NCBI GenBank assembly: GCA_004764695.1
Contig: SMSO01000033.1
Span: forward strand, 1,860,001-1,924,000
Source: Schizochytrium sp. TIO01
Taxonomy: Eukaryota; Protista; Bigyra: Labyrinthulomycetes
DNA: 64,000 nt
Direction: 5' to 3'
In this document: in pieces, positions 1-11,250 of the stretch
Layout: each line of letters starts with the position of its first letter
How positions within the stretch are numbered: position 1 is the first letter of the stretch
Position numbers and translations under genes: made by a program
Notes under the pieces: model-generated
Database searches by the model: none
What the model saw: only the letters and a program-made list of their open reading frames with translations
Told to the model about the DNA's origin: nothing

Positions 1-210
1 CGCGTTATTCCTTCGGTACCTTGATCCACCAGCATGCTCTCCTGCATTCGCGCGTGATTCCTCCAGCATTTTGATGCACCACCTTTGAAGGTTTTGCTAT
101 GAACAATAAGCGCTTACATCTTGAAAAAGACTTTATCTATCCAAGCTACTCTTTTATTCTTTTTTTCAACTACAGTAAAGCTCTATTTACGCAATTGAAA
201 AGCAGAATTT

Positions 211-298
211 GGGATCAGGGGAGACTTGTGTCAAATTCTCTCTATGCCAGTCTAGGGATCAGGGGAGACTTGTGTCAAATTCTCTCTATGCCAGTCTA
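211..298 (+). repeat. Perfect 44-bp tandem duplication
   Basis: gggatcaggggagacttgtgtcaaattctctctatgccagtcta occurs at 211-254 and again at 255-298. Confidence 0.95.
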
Positions 299-1644
299 AC
301 TCAATAGAAGAGCCGTGACATGGAAGCCTGCTGTAATATACAATCATTCTGATTGTATCTAAATAAATGTATTCAAATCTTCAAATATAGGTAGCCTCAT
401 CTAAATTCTTATGGATATTTTAATAATTAATATTTAATTTTCAATTATAAAAAAGAAAAACCTCGATGTAGCTCGAAGGTGATCCACTTGAACACCTAAA
501 CATTACTACTTTTCGTTATGTATCAAAAGGCTGTAGAGACCAGAATGTTGCGTTATGAGAATGTTGTGCAAATTCATTGCACCAATATTATCTAGCAACG
601 TAACCTGGACGGTTCTTTGGAAACAGCTCAGCTAAAAGAAATGACATTTCATAGTATAGCTTAATGACACACACCTGCTCTCTTGTGTAAAGTGCTCGCG
701 AGATCTACGACCAGCATTTCTCACTTCCTGACTATGACCTTTGCTAGGTAAGGCAAAAATCCATTTTTATTCTCCTTTCCGTAAATCTGTGCTTTTAAGT
801 TGGACTCTGCGTACACATTACTTACTTATAAGTTTTATGTACCACATATCGGAAATCGAAGTAAAATGGGTCTGGGAAATATCCGCTCACCCGGCGCGAC
901 CCTGACTATTGCAGGTTAGTTTGAGGCGATCACCAAGAGATAGCGTAGGTAGAGAGATGAAGGAAAGGAATAGTTAGCATTAACATTCTGGAAGTGCTAG
1001 CAAGGCCTGACGTCCAAGTCTAGGCTTTGGGTTTGTATTCGTTTTACTTGGGTGTTTTCATAGATAAATACACCTATGTACACGCTTAGCTGTTATACTT
1101 CAATACTGACATAAAATGAAGAGGAAAGGATCAGCGGAAATAATTCGACAGAGGTAGTCATTAAAATGGTAAAGACAGGAGCAAAAGAAACATGACTTGT
1201 TTCAAATAGACAATAACATGCTCGAAGTTATTGGTATTAGGCTACTGCAAAACCTTTAGATTCCTGAAGAAATAACAAACAGAGTGCCTGCTTCTAATTC
1301 ATCATTGATCTCAACTAAGTACAAAGTATGCTTTGGTGCATCGTTTTGAATGAAACAGTACTTTCGATAACTTCAAGTGACGGAGAAAAGATGTGTATCA
1401 GGCGAACAAAGAAATGTAGACGCCATACTCTATTTTTTTTAGAACTACCACATGTACATTGCTTCCAAGAGCAAGCCAACTATCTCCGAACCCGAACAAG
1501 AGAAAGATGAATGCTGCAAGTTCTTTGCTATTTTGCCAGAGCGAAATGAAAAGATTCGCTTGTAGAAATTAAAAAACAAAAACATGTTTATACTCTTTTT
1601 CTCTTTTAGATAGCAGCAGTGAATTCAAAAGAGATCTACTATAC

Positions 1645-4600
1645 TTAACTTGAACCTCCAGCAGAGGAGCAGTCGAGATTGTCACTGTAGGAATAAGTGA
1701 GGCCAATCTGAAAGCCAAAGTTCGACATGCATGTGGCCTCAACATTCTGGCTAGCAGGGCAGCCATTCTCAGAGTTATCAACGTCGCACTGCTGAAAGCG
1801 AATCGGGTTTGTGAAAAGGGGAAGATACTTGCTGCTAGTCGCAGGTAGCTGCAAAATTCCATCGCAAGGTAAGTAATTAGAAGGCATGAAAAAGACTTCC
1901 ACCCAGTCGGAACCATCGTAATATTGAACAGAAACTCCGTTGATGCACGCATCAACATCATCACGCATTCCGTATTCAGATGGAGAGCTAGCGCAGTAGC
2001 TTTGAACAGATGCTCTGTCTCCTGCTGATCCATAGTTCTCGACGATTGCATAGTAGCCCTCAGTTTCTGCAAGGTCCTCACAAGAACGAAGAAAATCTGC
2101 GTCAGAATCTGTAGGTTGTTTCATCGGAAGAAGAGCCGTACAAACAGCCCTTGTCCAAAGCTTTGCGGTTCGTGTAGCGCTAGACCTTTTAATGCTGTTC
2201 ACACATTTCTGAACAGTCTTAGGCTGGTTAGCAATCGTACACCAACGCTCAATACCCAAATCAATCTGATCGGGGGTACAAGCACCAGACCAAAACGCCT
2301 TACATGCGGAGTGCGCTGCATTCAAATTAGTTTCTTCACATTCTTCGGCATCAGTGTTCTGAGTGTAGCTTTGGCCATAAGCACGAAGATCCGCAGTTAC
2401 ACAGAATCCATCAGTGTTGTCTCGTGTAAGATCTGTATCGATCAAATGCTCAATGTTCAAGCGATAGCCACCAACAAAGTCTGAGGTGATGGCCTTTGAG
2501 TTTACGCACGTAACACGGAAGAAAATGCCCATGTCAGGCTCGTAAACTGCCCAAACCCTATCGTCGTTACCGTAACCATGCTCACCGGCATCTGTGAAAT
2601 TCAAGACCAGAGCCGTGGAAACATCTTCCCCAGAGACTGTGGTCCAACCAGGGTAGTCAACATCATCATCGTAGCACGCAAGTGGATCCAAACGATAAGA
2701 ACCACGCGGGGTAGTCAAAAGCATTTGATCCAAAATTGAGCGCTCTCCAGTATAAAAGCTGAGTTTGTAGGACGGATTGGCTACTTCGTAGAGAACCACC
2801 TCATTTTCACCAGATCTCTCGTAATCCGGAAGACAAGGAGAACCGTAAGCACCAATGTTACCACGATTGTTTCCAATAAGGTCACGCACGGTCTGGTTCC
2901 ACACGCAAGGGTTACCAGCATGATCAAGTAGATTTTCGCAAACATCTTGCTGAGAAAAGCATGAAGTGTCACGCGCATCACAAACGATAAGCTTCTCGCG
3001 CGTGCCGTTAAATGACTGTCCAAAAGGATCACCCCAAAGCGCACAGTTATCACAGCATACCTTGTCGTAAAAACCAGAGTCAGGAGCAGAAACATTCAAG
3101 GTCAGCATGCCTTGTACATTTCTTCGGTCAAGCTGGTTGCAGATGGAGCTCATAGAGTCATCGTCACTGTCACAAAACGGCGTGTTGATGACCAGTTCAC
3201 GGCACGACTGCGACTCCTGCTCCGGAAGATAGTTGTTTGTGAGGCAACACTCCTCACAGAATCCGACATAGTACTCCTCAGTGTCGCCAGATTGGCAAAC
3301 TTGGGGCGACTCAGTGGAGCCATAGTCACGAACACATGTGGAGCAGTCTTCTCCTGACAATTGACAGAGGACACCAGAGAAGGAAAGTTCTGCATCAATT
3401 GAGACAACCGGCTGGCATTCCGTTCCTTCATCTTTAACAAGGCAACGTGCTGCAAGACCACATTGACGCATACGGACTTGGTAAAGAAACAGCTCTGGGA
3501 ACTGTGCTCCGTTGGCCTCGATCGAAGCGTCAGAGCAAGGTGGAGATTCAGGTGGAAAGTACAAAACAGGCACCCAGGTTCCACTTTGGTTCACCTCTAC
3601 CACAAGTCCAGATGCGCACTCGAGATCCTCAGGAATTGTGGTAAACTCATCAATAGAGCTAACACAGCGCTCCTCAGCGGTCCAATCATGAGCAATCAGA
3701 CCTTCATAGTTTTGGGCCCAAATATACCATCCATTTTCCTCAAGACGGTTAAGGCACTCATCTACATAAGAATTCTGTGCAGAACCACCGTACGGGAGTT
3801 GCGAGTTCATTTGACAGGCGTAGCGATCCCAAGTTGTGGCTCGTTCGTCTTCTGTTCCAGTGCGGATATCAGACAAACAAGTAGCAACCATCTCTTCGTA
3901 GGAGTTGGCACCACTCGAGGCCTGAGTGTACTGAAGCTCCGCCTTTTCGCACCAATATTGCTGCCACCCATCGATGGTACGCGGGTAGCAAGTGTCATCA
4001 GTCAAAGCCTTGCAGGTGTTTGCAAGGTCAGGAAGGTTGCGCGATACGCACGTAAAGTGACCAAGAGTGTCGTCGGTGTTGGTTCCACTCTGCTGCTCAG
4101 TATCAATGACACCTGTGAAACAGTAGCCTTCACCTCCGGTGCGGCTTTGCGTATCAGTAACATTTTCGATGTCTAGGCGGGTGCGTGTAGCGCCAATAGC
4201 TTTGTTACAGATCACATCGGCGTAAATACCAAGGTCATCATCACCGATATGCCAGCGAATCTCCACACTGTTCGGGATAGTCACTGTCCACGAAGAAGGG
4301 ATCTCAGAAACATTACTCGGAAGCACCCATGCGTTCGCAGCATTAGCTGTGCCAACGTCACGGGGATCGTAATCAAAACATACCGATGAAGAGATGGAAT
4401 ACGGCTCAGAATATCCAGGTAAGGTGATCATGAAGTCTGTCTGAACACCACGCTCACCGATGAGAGTGGAAAGGCGCAAACCATCGTAATCGAGCATCAC
4501 GAGTTCCAGCTGGCCGCTAACGTTGTAATCGGCCTGGCAAGGCGACCCATCAGCCAAGTTGCTTTGCCACCAAGGGAAATTATCGTTGCCCTTGAGCCAT

Positions 4601-5106
4601 TTACAACGGTTACCTGCGTGATCGTATTGTTGCCTGCAAATATCCTGTTGTAACTCACATGAGGTCATGTTGCGAGCATCGCATTCAATCATCTGGTCGC
4701 GAGATCCATCGAAAGCTTCACATAGAGGATCGCCATAGCACTTGCACTTTTGACAGCAAGTCTCACCGGCAGCAGCGTAGGTCATGGCCACATCAAAGGT
4801 GACAGTGTGAGTTGAGTTGGGTTCAAAGTTATCACAACCCAAGTTGGGGTTTTCACAGTACGCACTTTCCAGAATTGATGTACGGCAGACGCCATCATCG
4901 ACCTGGATTGCAGAATCGCTAGGAAGAACATTACCACAACATCCAACGAGACTAGTGCCCATGGTGCCGCATCCTGCAAGGCCGGTTGCACCCCACAAAA
5001 GTACATCCTCGCCTGCACTACATGTGGTTGTAGATGAATCCTGGGCACCAGCTAGTAGCACGGCAGATGCTAGTATGGCAGCTTTTGCTACCGATGTAGC
5101 GACCAT
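1645..5106 (-). CDS. Secreted Cys-rich acidic protein with two VWD-like repeats (paralog 1, 1153 aa)
   Basis: Long intronless ORF with N-terminal signal peptide (MVATSVAKAAILASAVLLAGA). Internal duplication: CCQKCKCYGDPLCEAFDG/CCDNCALWGDPFGQSFNG, DHAGNRCKW/DHAGNPCVW, GSPC, GERG/GERS, RLDIE/RLNIE. CxxxGDPxxxxFDG resembles the von Willebrand D-domain start. Colinear with the ORFs at 20005 and 27442. The gene is secure; the domain call is tentative. Confidence 0.9.
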   Translation of the reverse strand: MVATSVAKAAILASAVLLAGAQDSSTTTCSAGEDVLLWGATGLAGCGTMGTSLVGCCGNVLPSDSAIQVDDGVCRTSILESAYCENPNLGCDNFEPNSTHTVTFDVAMTYAAAGETCCQKCKCYGDPLCEAFDGSRDQMIECDARNMTSCELQQDICRQQYDHAGNRCKWLKGNDNFPWWQSNLADGSPCQADYNVSGQLELVMLDYDGLRLSTLIGERGVQTDFMITLPGYSEPYSISSSVCFDYDPRDVGTANAANAWVLPSNVSEIPSSWTVTIPNSVEIRWHIGDDDLGIYADVICNKAIGATRTRLDIENVTDTQSRTGGEGYCFTGVIDTEQQSGTNTDDTLGHFTCVSRNLPDLANTCKALTDDTCYPRTIDGWQQYWCEKAELQYTQASSGANSYEEMVATCLSDIRTGTEDERATTWDRYACQMNSQLPYGGSAQNSYVDECLNRLEENGWYIWAQNYEGLIAHDWTAEERCVSSIDEFTTIPEDLECASGLVVEVNQSGTWVPVLYFPPESPPCSDASIEANGAQFPELFLYQVRMRQCGLAARCLVKDEGTECQPVVSIDAELSFSGVLCQLSGEDCSTCVRDYGSTESPQVCQSGDTEEYYVGFCEECCLTNNYLPEQESQSCRELVINTPFCDSDDDSMSSICNQLDRRNVQGMLTLNVSAPDSGFYDKVCCDNCALWGDPFGQSFNGTREKLIVCDARDTSCFSQQDVCENLLDHAGNPCVWNQTVRDLIGNNRGNIGAYGSPCLPDYERSGENEVVLYEVANPSYKLSFYTGERSILDQMLLTTPRGSYRLDPLACYDDDVDYPGWTTVSGEDVSTALVLNFTDAGEHGYGNDDRVWAVYEPDMGIFFRVTCVNSKAITSDFVGGYRLNIEHLIDTDLTRDNTDGFCVTADLRAYGQSYTQNTDAEECEETNLNAAHSACKAFWSGACTPDQIDLGIERWCTIANQPKTVQKCVNSIKRSSATRTAKLWTRAVCTALLPMKQPTDSDADFLRSCEDLAETEGYYAIVENYGSAGDRASVQSYCASSPSEYGMRDDVDACINGVSVQYYDGSDWVEVFFMPSNYLPCDGILQLPATSSKYLPLFTNPIRFQQCDVDNSENGCPASQNVEATCMSNFGFQIGLTYSYSDNLDCSSAGGSS

Positions 5107-7471
5107 TTTGATGTCTTCGCAGCTGTCTGTTCAGTTGTTGTCAAGTGTCCAGGTTTAATCGTCAATTGTCAGTCTCATTCATCATTCAACACGGTACGTA
5201 TACGTATGTACTTGTTTTTATAACGTTTAATGTGGATTGCATAACCTACCTTTAGCTACAATAGACTTGCTGCTGCTTTGAAGCGAAGCTGCAAAAGCAG
5301 TTTCGGGTTTGCTGACTTCGCCGCTGTGATTGATTGAACTTTGATATTTCCACGGTTCTAGTGATGATGTTTTAGTGCGCGGTTTCCTTCTAATTCCACC
5401 TCTGCTCATATGTTGTCAAACCTAGTATTTCATAGTATTAACCTATGTGCAAAAATACCAAGTGTGACTTTTAAGCGTTTGAGTTGGGCCTTACAAATCC
5501 TTAGTGCATTACTATATACGGCCACACTCTGGCGTGATGACTTCAAAAAACCATTGCAAGGCTAAAAGACAAATGGAGCAATCACCAACATGAAAAGGAA
5601 TCATCACGTCTTTTGAAGAAATCATTACAGTGTCAAGTCACTACTTCCGTCCATTGCACATTTCCCAGATACAAATGATCACGAGGAAAATAAATATAAA
5701 GATACAAGTTTTTACGTATAACATTTTCTTAATTAGAGAGAGCATTCATTACTTGAGAGTTTCTTTCTCCTTCACTTAAAAGCTTCAATATCCCTACCAA
5801 AATTATGAGACAGAGTCACGTCATAGCCCATCCAAAAGTGGAAGCCATTTGTTCATAGTTCATTTCTACCAAGAGCTAACTTTGGCTACTGATTAAATGT
5901 CCTTCCGAGCGTGTGACCACCTTCTTTACCGCCTCCATTGAACAAGAATACTTGAAAAGTACGCATCAAATATCAAATTAAAGTCCTGTACCTTGGCCCT
6001 TTACTGTTTGCTTATCGATATGACTGCCAACCGCCCAGGCCGCCTGGTAAAGACCCAAGCTGGTAATGGGCCAAATGATTAGACGCACGCAGTTCGTATG
6101 ATAAGAATTTCGAGGACAACGCGAGTGCAGCCACGGATATTCTCCACTGCGATCGCAGCAGTCTTGCTATAAAGAAAGTCAGTCATGCGCAAGTGCACAA
6201 GTAATCAGAATCATGCAGCCAGACCTGCAACTAACTCTTCGGAGCCCTCAGCCTCAGCAGCAGTGTTGGCAGTAGCGAGACTAGCCGGTTTGAGATCTGC
6301 GCTGCTCGAGTGTGGACACTTGATTGGCATGAATTGCATCGTGATCGCAACACCGCAAGCTTGCTCCGATGGGCTCGTGCATGATGGGCACGTCTCACGT
6401 CCATGAGCATGCACCTTTTTCTTTGTTGAAGAAGCGTTTTCAGCAGAACAAGAAACACATTGGTTTCCCTATCCGCAGAGGGCCAATCATAGGAGTAGTA
6501 GCAGCTAATCAGCATGCCCCATTCCCTTTCACTCCTTTTCTTTTAATTCGAATAATTTCCAGGTCTGATTGTGTCCATGGCGTTCGGATTGGGAAGTGTT
6601 TGGAGCAAGGCGATGAATGTCCTAGGTAGCAATTTGAGAAGGATCCACGTGAGGATGTCTTTGTTGGCTGCAAACCATGGAACTATAACTGCTACTTTAT
6701 TCTCATTTTACCTCTTTTGTTTTTTTCCGCTGATTTATTACCAGAAAGGTCTCCTCGCTGGTCATACTTCAAAATAAAATTACATAAAGAATTAATGGAA
6801 TATAAATATTTACTTATAATACATCAAAAAAGCTTTGGAGAAATGTGCGAGGGTCATATTGACCCAGCATTGTTTCATCTTTGGTTTCACTGTATTTGGA
6901 TACGCTACGCCTGCTCGTCTTTTTGTTTCTTCGAACTCCAGCGCGCCTCCAGCTGCTCTCTAGGCTATTCCTACACAAATCCCAGATCCTTCTTTCTCTG
7001 CGCTTGATTCACAATCAATCAACCAGGGTTCACCACAAAGTGAGAAGCTGCTCATTCCCTTTTTTTCTTCATTTTTAATTCTAAGATCCCAAAATAACAA
7101 AACAAAACAAAACAAAAAACATACAAACAAGCACACAAAAAGAATAAGAAAAGAATGAGAAAAGAACAAGGAAAGAACAAGAGGAATTCGGTTCGTTTCT
7201 AGGCTCCACCGCGGCCATCAATCCATTGCCATACATTGAAGTTCCTCGAAGTAGAGCTGCCGAGGATTTCATCAACAGACCTCCACTTTGCGATCTTGGG
7301 CGAGGCCTGGGAAGAGCTGAGCCGCGCTTCAGTGTCGTCTTCCAGCATCCGCCAATCGCTCCGCTCCTCTTCCCGCCGCTCCAAACCAACTGACCGATCG
7401 CAGTTTCCTTCGCACACAGAAGAACGACCGCCCTTCAGCTCTTGACAGGCCGCCCGAGAGAGCCCTGAAGA

Positions 7472-7613
7472 ACATACATACATACATACATACATACATA
7501 CATACATACATACATACATACATACATACATACATACATACATACATACATACATACATACATACATACATACATACATACATACATACATACATACATA
7601 CATACATACATAC
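7472..7613. repeat. (ACAT)n microsatellite, ~35 units
   Basis: Pure tetranucleotide run. Confidence 0.98.
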
Positions 7614-7799
7614 GGCCCTCAGCCAATGGCCAAGCATGGCGCTAGATCCGCGCTTCGGCTCAAGCTCGCGTTGGCTCCTCAAGACAGGCCGCGAAGCTGG
7701 CTGCTCATACTGTTCAGCAAAAGCGCGAATGCACTGCGCCACGGAGCCAAGCAACTCCAGGGTCGCCTCTGCCAGTGAGTGAGGTTTCGTGGTGCCGAG

Positions 7800-7840
7800 T
7801 CTTCTTCTTCTTCTTCTTCTTCTTCTTCTTCTTCTTCTTC
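7800..7840. repeat. (CTT)n microsatellite
   Basis: Pure trinucleotide run. Confidence 0.95.
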
Positions 7841-10551
7841 ATGATGCAGAGGGTTCCTGCCGAGAGTGGATGGATGGACGGTATAGAAGTGACAGGCGAG
7901 GCGGGGCGGGGCGCCATCTTGTTGGTTGGCGAACCTGGCGAAGAACGTGGCGGTCCACCGACGATGGGCTCCTTCTTATTTAGTATGACCCTATGCTACA
8001 AAATATGCAGAAATCAGTATTATGCCTACCCTTGGGATTTAGTCTATTGTTCCATAAGAATTAAGGGTTTAATTATTTCCTGAAAATGAAGGGGGGTTCA
8101 GTTGGCGCTGGTATGGGTTCACGATTTCACTTTGACCTCTTGAGAGAATCTCTAGCTCAAGTATTGGCGCTCTCTACGAGGTGTGCAGAAAAATGAGATC
8201 CCCGTTCGTGCTTCTGTGCACGGAGGCTTTCTGGTGGACAAGTATAACTACTGCCGCGGCGTGTTCTCCAACCCCAGTGAGCCTCAAGGATATCCACCTT
8301 CATTTCTACAAGTTACACTTTTTTTTCTTCTGATTTTCTAGATTTTAAACTTTAAATTAAATACCTAGTCCTAAGTTACTACTTTTATGTTTTAAAATGT
8401 TATATTTTATTTTATTTATAAAAATAAATAAAAACGTCTAAACTTGAAATTTTTATCTATAAAAAGGACAGGATATATATTCTCACAAAGACATTCCAGC
8501 TTATTGCCGATACGACCTTCCCGGGATTACTCCACGCAGCCTGCCCCCACGCTCAGCAGCTTTCTCGAGCGCGGAGACCCTATCTTTCCTCGACGGATCT
8601 CAAAAAAAAAAAAAGGCCTAGCTTTAAAATGAAGCATCCCGTTGTAGTACGTACAGATTCAAACCTCTACTTAAAAAAACTGCGAAACATGTAATCGAAA
8701 ATTGACTTCATAAGTTGTAATGATAATTTATTAGAAATCTGTCGCATGTAAAACAGCACATTACTGAACTGTTTTGTATCATACCTAACTTCAGTGTGGC
8801 AAATCAAGATCAATTTTCGAAACATATACGTGAATTTCACGAGTTTGAGACTCGCAAAACATTCTGAAAATGAATAAGATATACTGCTGATATACTATAA
8901 ATATTTTGTTCACATTCTTCTGCTTGTATTCGTGTGACTTTATCCATTTTTTTAAGGTCTTGTCATAGTTGCGCTACTTATGAAATCTACTTTACTACCC
9001 AATGCTCTCTTATAACGTAACTAAGGACCTTGGAGTCATCATTGGGCTACTGTTTAGACTGTTAAAATTGTCAGATGCTACTTTACAGATAGGTATAGCA
9101 GGATAATAAATAATCTCGTACATTACCTCTCATAGTGACATTCTCGATCAGTCTGACTTCACTCGTGCACATCTTATGCAATCTTTCACTACTTTTATTT
9201 TGGAATTCTATTTTACATGGTGCAAATCATTTATCGAACTCACGAACCACAAATATGTGGCTTTTTCCAAAACAACAACCATCAGTAATCAAATGTAAGT
9301 CTATAGTTGCTTAAACCCCCACCCACCTCAGCAGCAGAACCCTTTCAGCGCATATAAATTATGAATGTATTCTGTCTCGTTCGAAACTCAATCGCCTGTT
9401 ATTATACGATTAAACTTCCAAAACACATTCGATCAGGAAAATTATGAAGCTATTATGAGTGTTGAAATCAGCAGCTAGTCCAAAGCTAAAACTTCACATA
9501 TTTTAGATCAACCAAACAGACTAAAAGTATAATGAAATTGTACCCCAAAGTTGAGTTCGCTTAAATCCTCGGGAGCTGGCAGATAAACTCTTTGCTTCAA
9601 TCTCTCATCAGAACAGTAGTTGGTGCATATAGAAGCTCGGCTTTGCCTTTGTTTGCAAAAAGAAATGCTCTATAAAACAAGTCAAGATTATGACCGTTTT
9701 CAACCAAACAATATTTTGACAGGCATATTCAACTTATATATACAGTGACATTCTATCTATATCTCATCTATCTTCCACTATTATCATCTTTTGAATGCGC
9801 GCGTAATCCATTCAATAGAAGTATCAATACGCCTGGATTTTCGATCTGAAAGTTTTACAGATTTTAATACATCATCGGCATATAGAAACTTTGAATACAG
9901 TAAGAACGATGTGCCAGTATAGTCCTATATGCTAGCTAGCTACCTGTTCAACTAGTGCAGCACTTCCAAAGGTCTCTGTTCGACTTTTCAACCAGCAAGG
10001 CACTGGCAAACGACTTATCTCAAGACAAGCTCCGTTGGACAATTTAATCAATTCTGTCTATACAAAACCGGAATTACAATTATCCCCAAATTCATTGGGT
10101 TCAATACATTAAATTACCTGCAGAGTGAAGCATATTTTAAAAAATTACGACGATTCTGTAAAATTGCTACTAACTAACTAAGTAGTTGGTACCTAGCAGA
10201 TTTCTATATTCATTAATCATTTATAACTTTTCTTTCTTTAATTATATTTATTATTGGCCTGAAATAAATTAACTTGATACTTCGAGTTGACCAGGTCGAA
10301 TTCTAGAAAACGCCATCATGCTCCATGTCTGCTAAAGGTATCAAGGATATAAAAGAAAAGAGACTAACTAGACCTACTAGTAATACCTACATCCTGTCAC
10401 GTAGGTAAATTTTGCATAGAGGGATGTTTTTGTACAGTCTAACAAAAACCGTTAAAATTTCTATAACTTATATTTCGATGTGCTTGTTTCATATTAATCA
10501 TATATTATACTTAGTTAGATCTTTAATAAGAAGTGGAGGTTAGGTAAGAAA

Positions 10552-11250
10552 ATGGGGAGGCCGAGGAACCGACAAGCTCCAAACACTGCAAGTGGAGCAA
10601 ACCTCGAATACAAACCAGCAAAGTTCTTTCACCGGAAGTTTGGGGTCTCAGCAAGCGCCCTTCGGGGCTGGGCCGACGGCGGACGCGTGCGCTTCGCGCG
10701 CTTCCCCGGAGGCAAGCGCATCTATGCCAGCGACGATGTTGAGCGCATCTTTGATTGCGGTTCCACCGGCCGCGAGCAACGCAGCTCTGGATGTACCGTT
10801 ATCTACGCCAGAGTGTCCTCGGTCAAGCAAAAGGAGGACCTCGAACGCCAGGTTGGCGATCTCCAGCGCGCCTACCCAGATGCTTCCGCCGTCTACAAAG
10901 ACATCGGTAGCGGGGTCAATTTCAAACGCCAAGGTCTGTGCTCCCTACTGGACGCCTGTGACCGCGGCGGAATCGGCCAAGTTGTGGTCATGCACCGCTA
11001 CCGACTTGCGCGAATCGCAGTCGACCTCTTGGAACACCTTTTCGAAAGATAAAATGTCAAACTCGTGGTACACGGCCAAGATGCACATGCCGGAGACTCA
11101 GACACCTTCACCAAAGACCTCCTCGGAATCATCACCGTCTTTGTGGCATCGCATCACGGAAAACGAGCAGCGCAAAATAGACGGCGACGACGCAGCGAGG
11201 AAGAAGCGAGCTCGCACGAAGGCGCGCAAGACCACCAAGAAAGAATATGA
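10552..11250 (+). pseudogene. tnpA: IS607 TnpA serine recombinase with a premature in-frame stop
   Basis: HTH (FGVSASALRGWADGG...FPGGKRIY), catalytic VIYARVSS.KQKEDLERQ, and DIGSGVNFKRQGL. TAA at 11050-11052. The same frame continues NVKLVVHG...KDLLGIITVFVASHHGKR, the typical IS607 TnpA C-terminal helix, to TGA at 11250. The conserved DRLAR motif reads YRLAR. Confidence 0.9.

Noticed and set aside
7199-7754. ORFs with MYVC, CLFV/QTNK or poly-I/L/Y repeats (also 35244-35888 and 42952-43419)
   Set aside because: They are translations of microsatellites.
10420-10450. Precise IS607 left end at GGG (10421-10423) with the adjacent GTTTTTGT/ACAAAAAC hairpin
   Set aside because: Plausible because IS607 recombines at GG cores, but I could not find matching terminal repeats at the right end. 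Other copies or an empty allele are needed.
11065-11250. Separate 61-aa gene
   Set aside because: It is in frame with tnpA and encodes its C-terminal helix beyond the premature stop.
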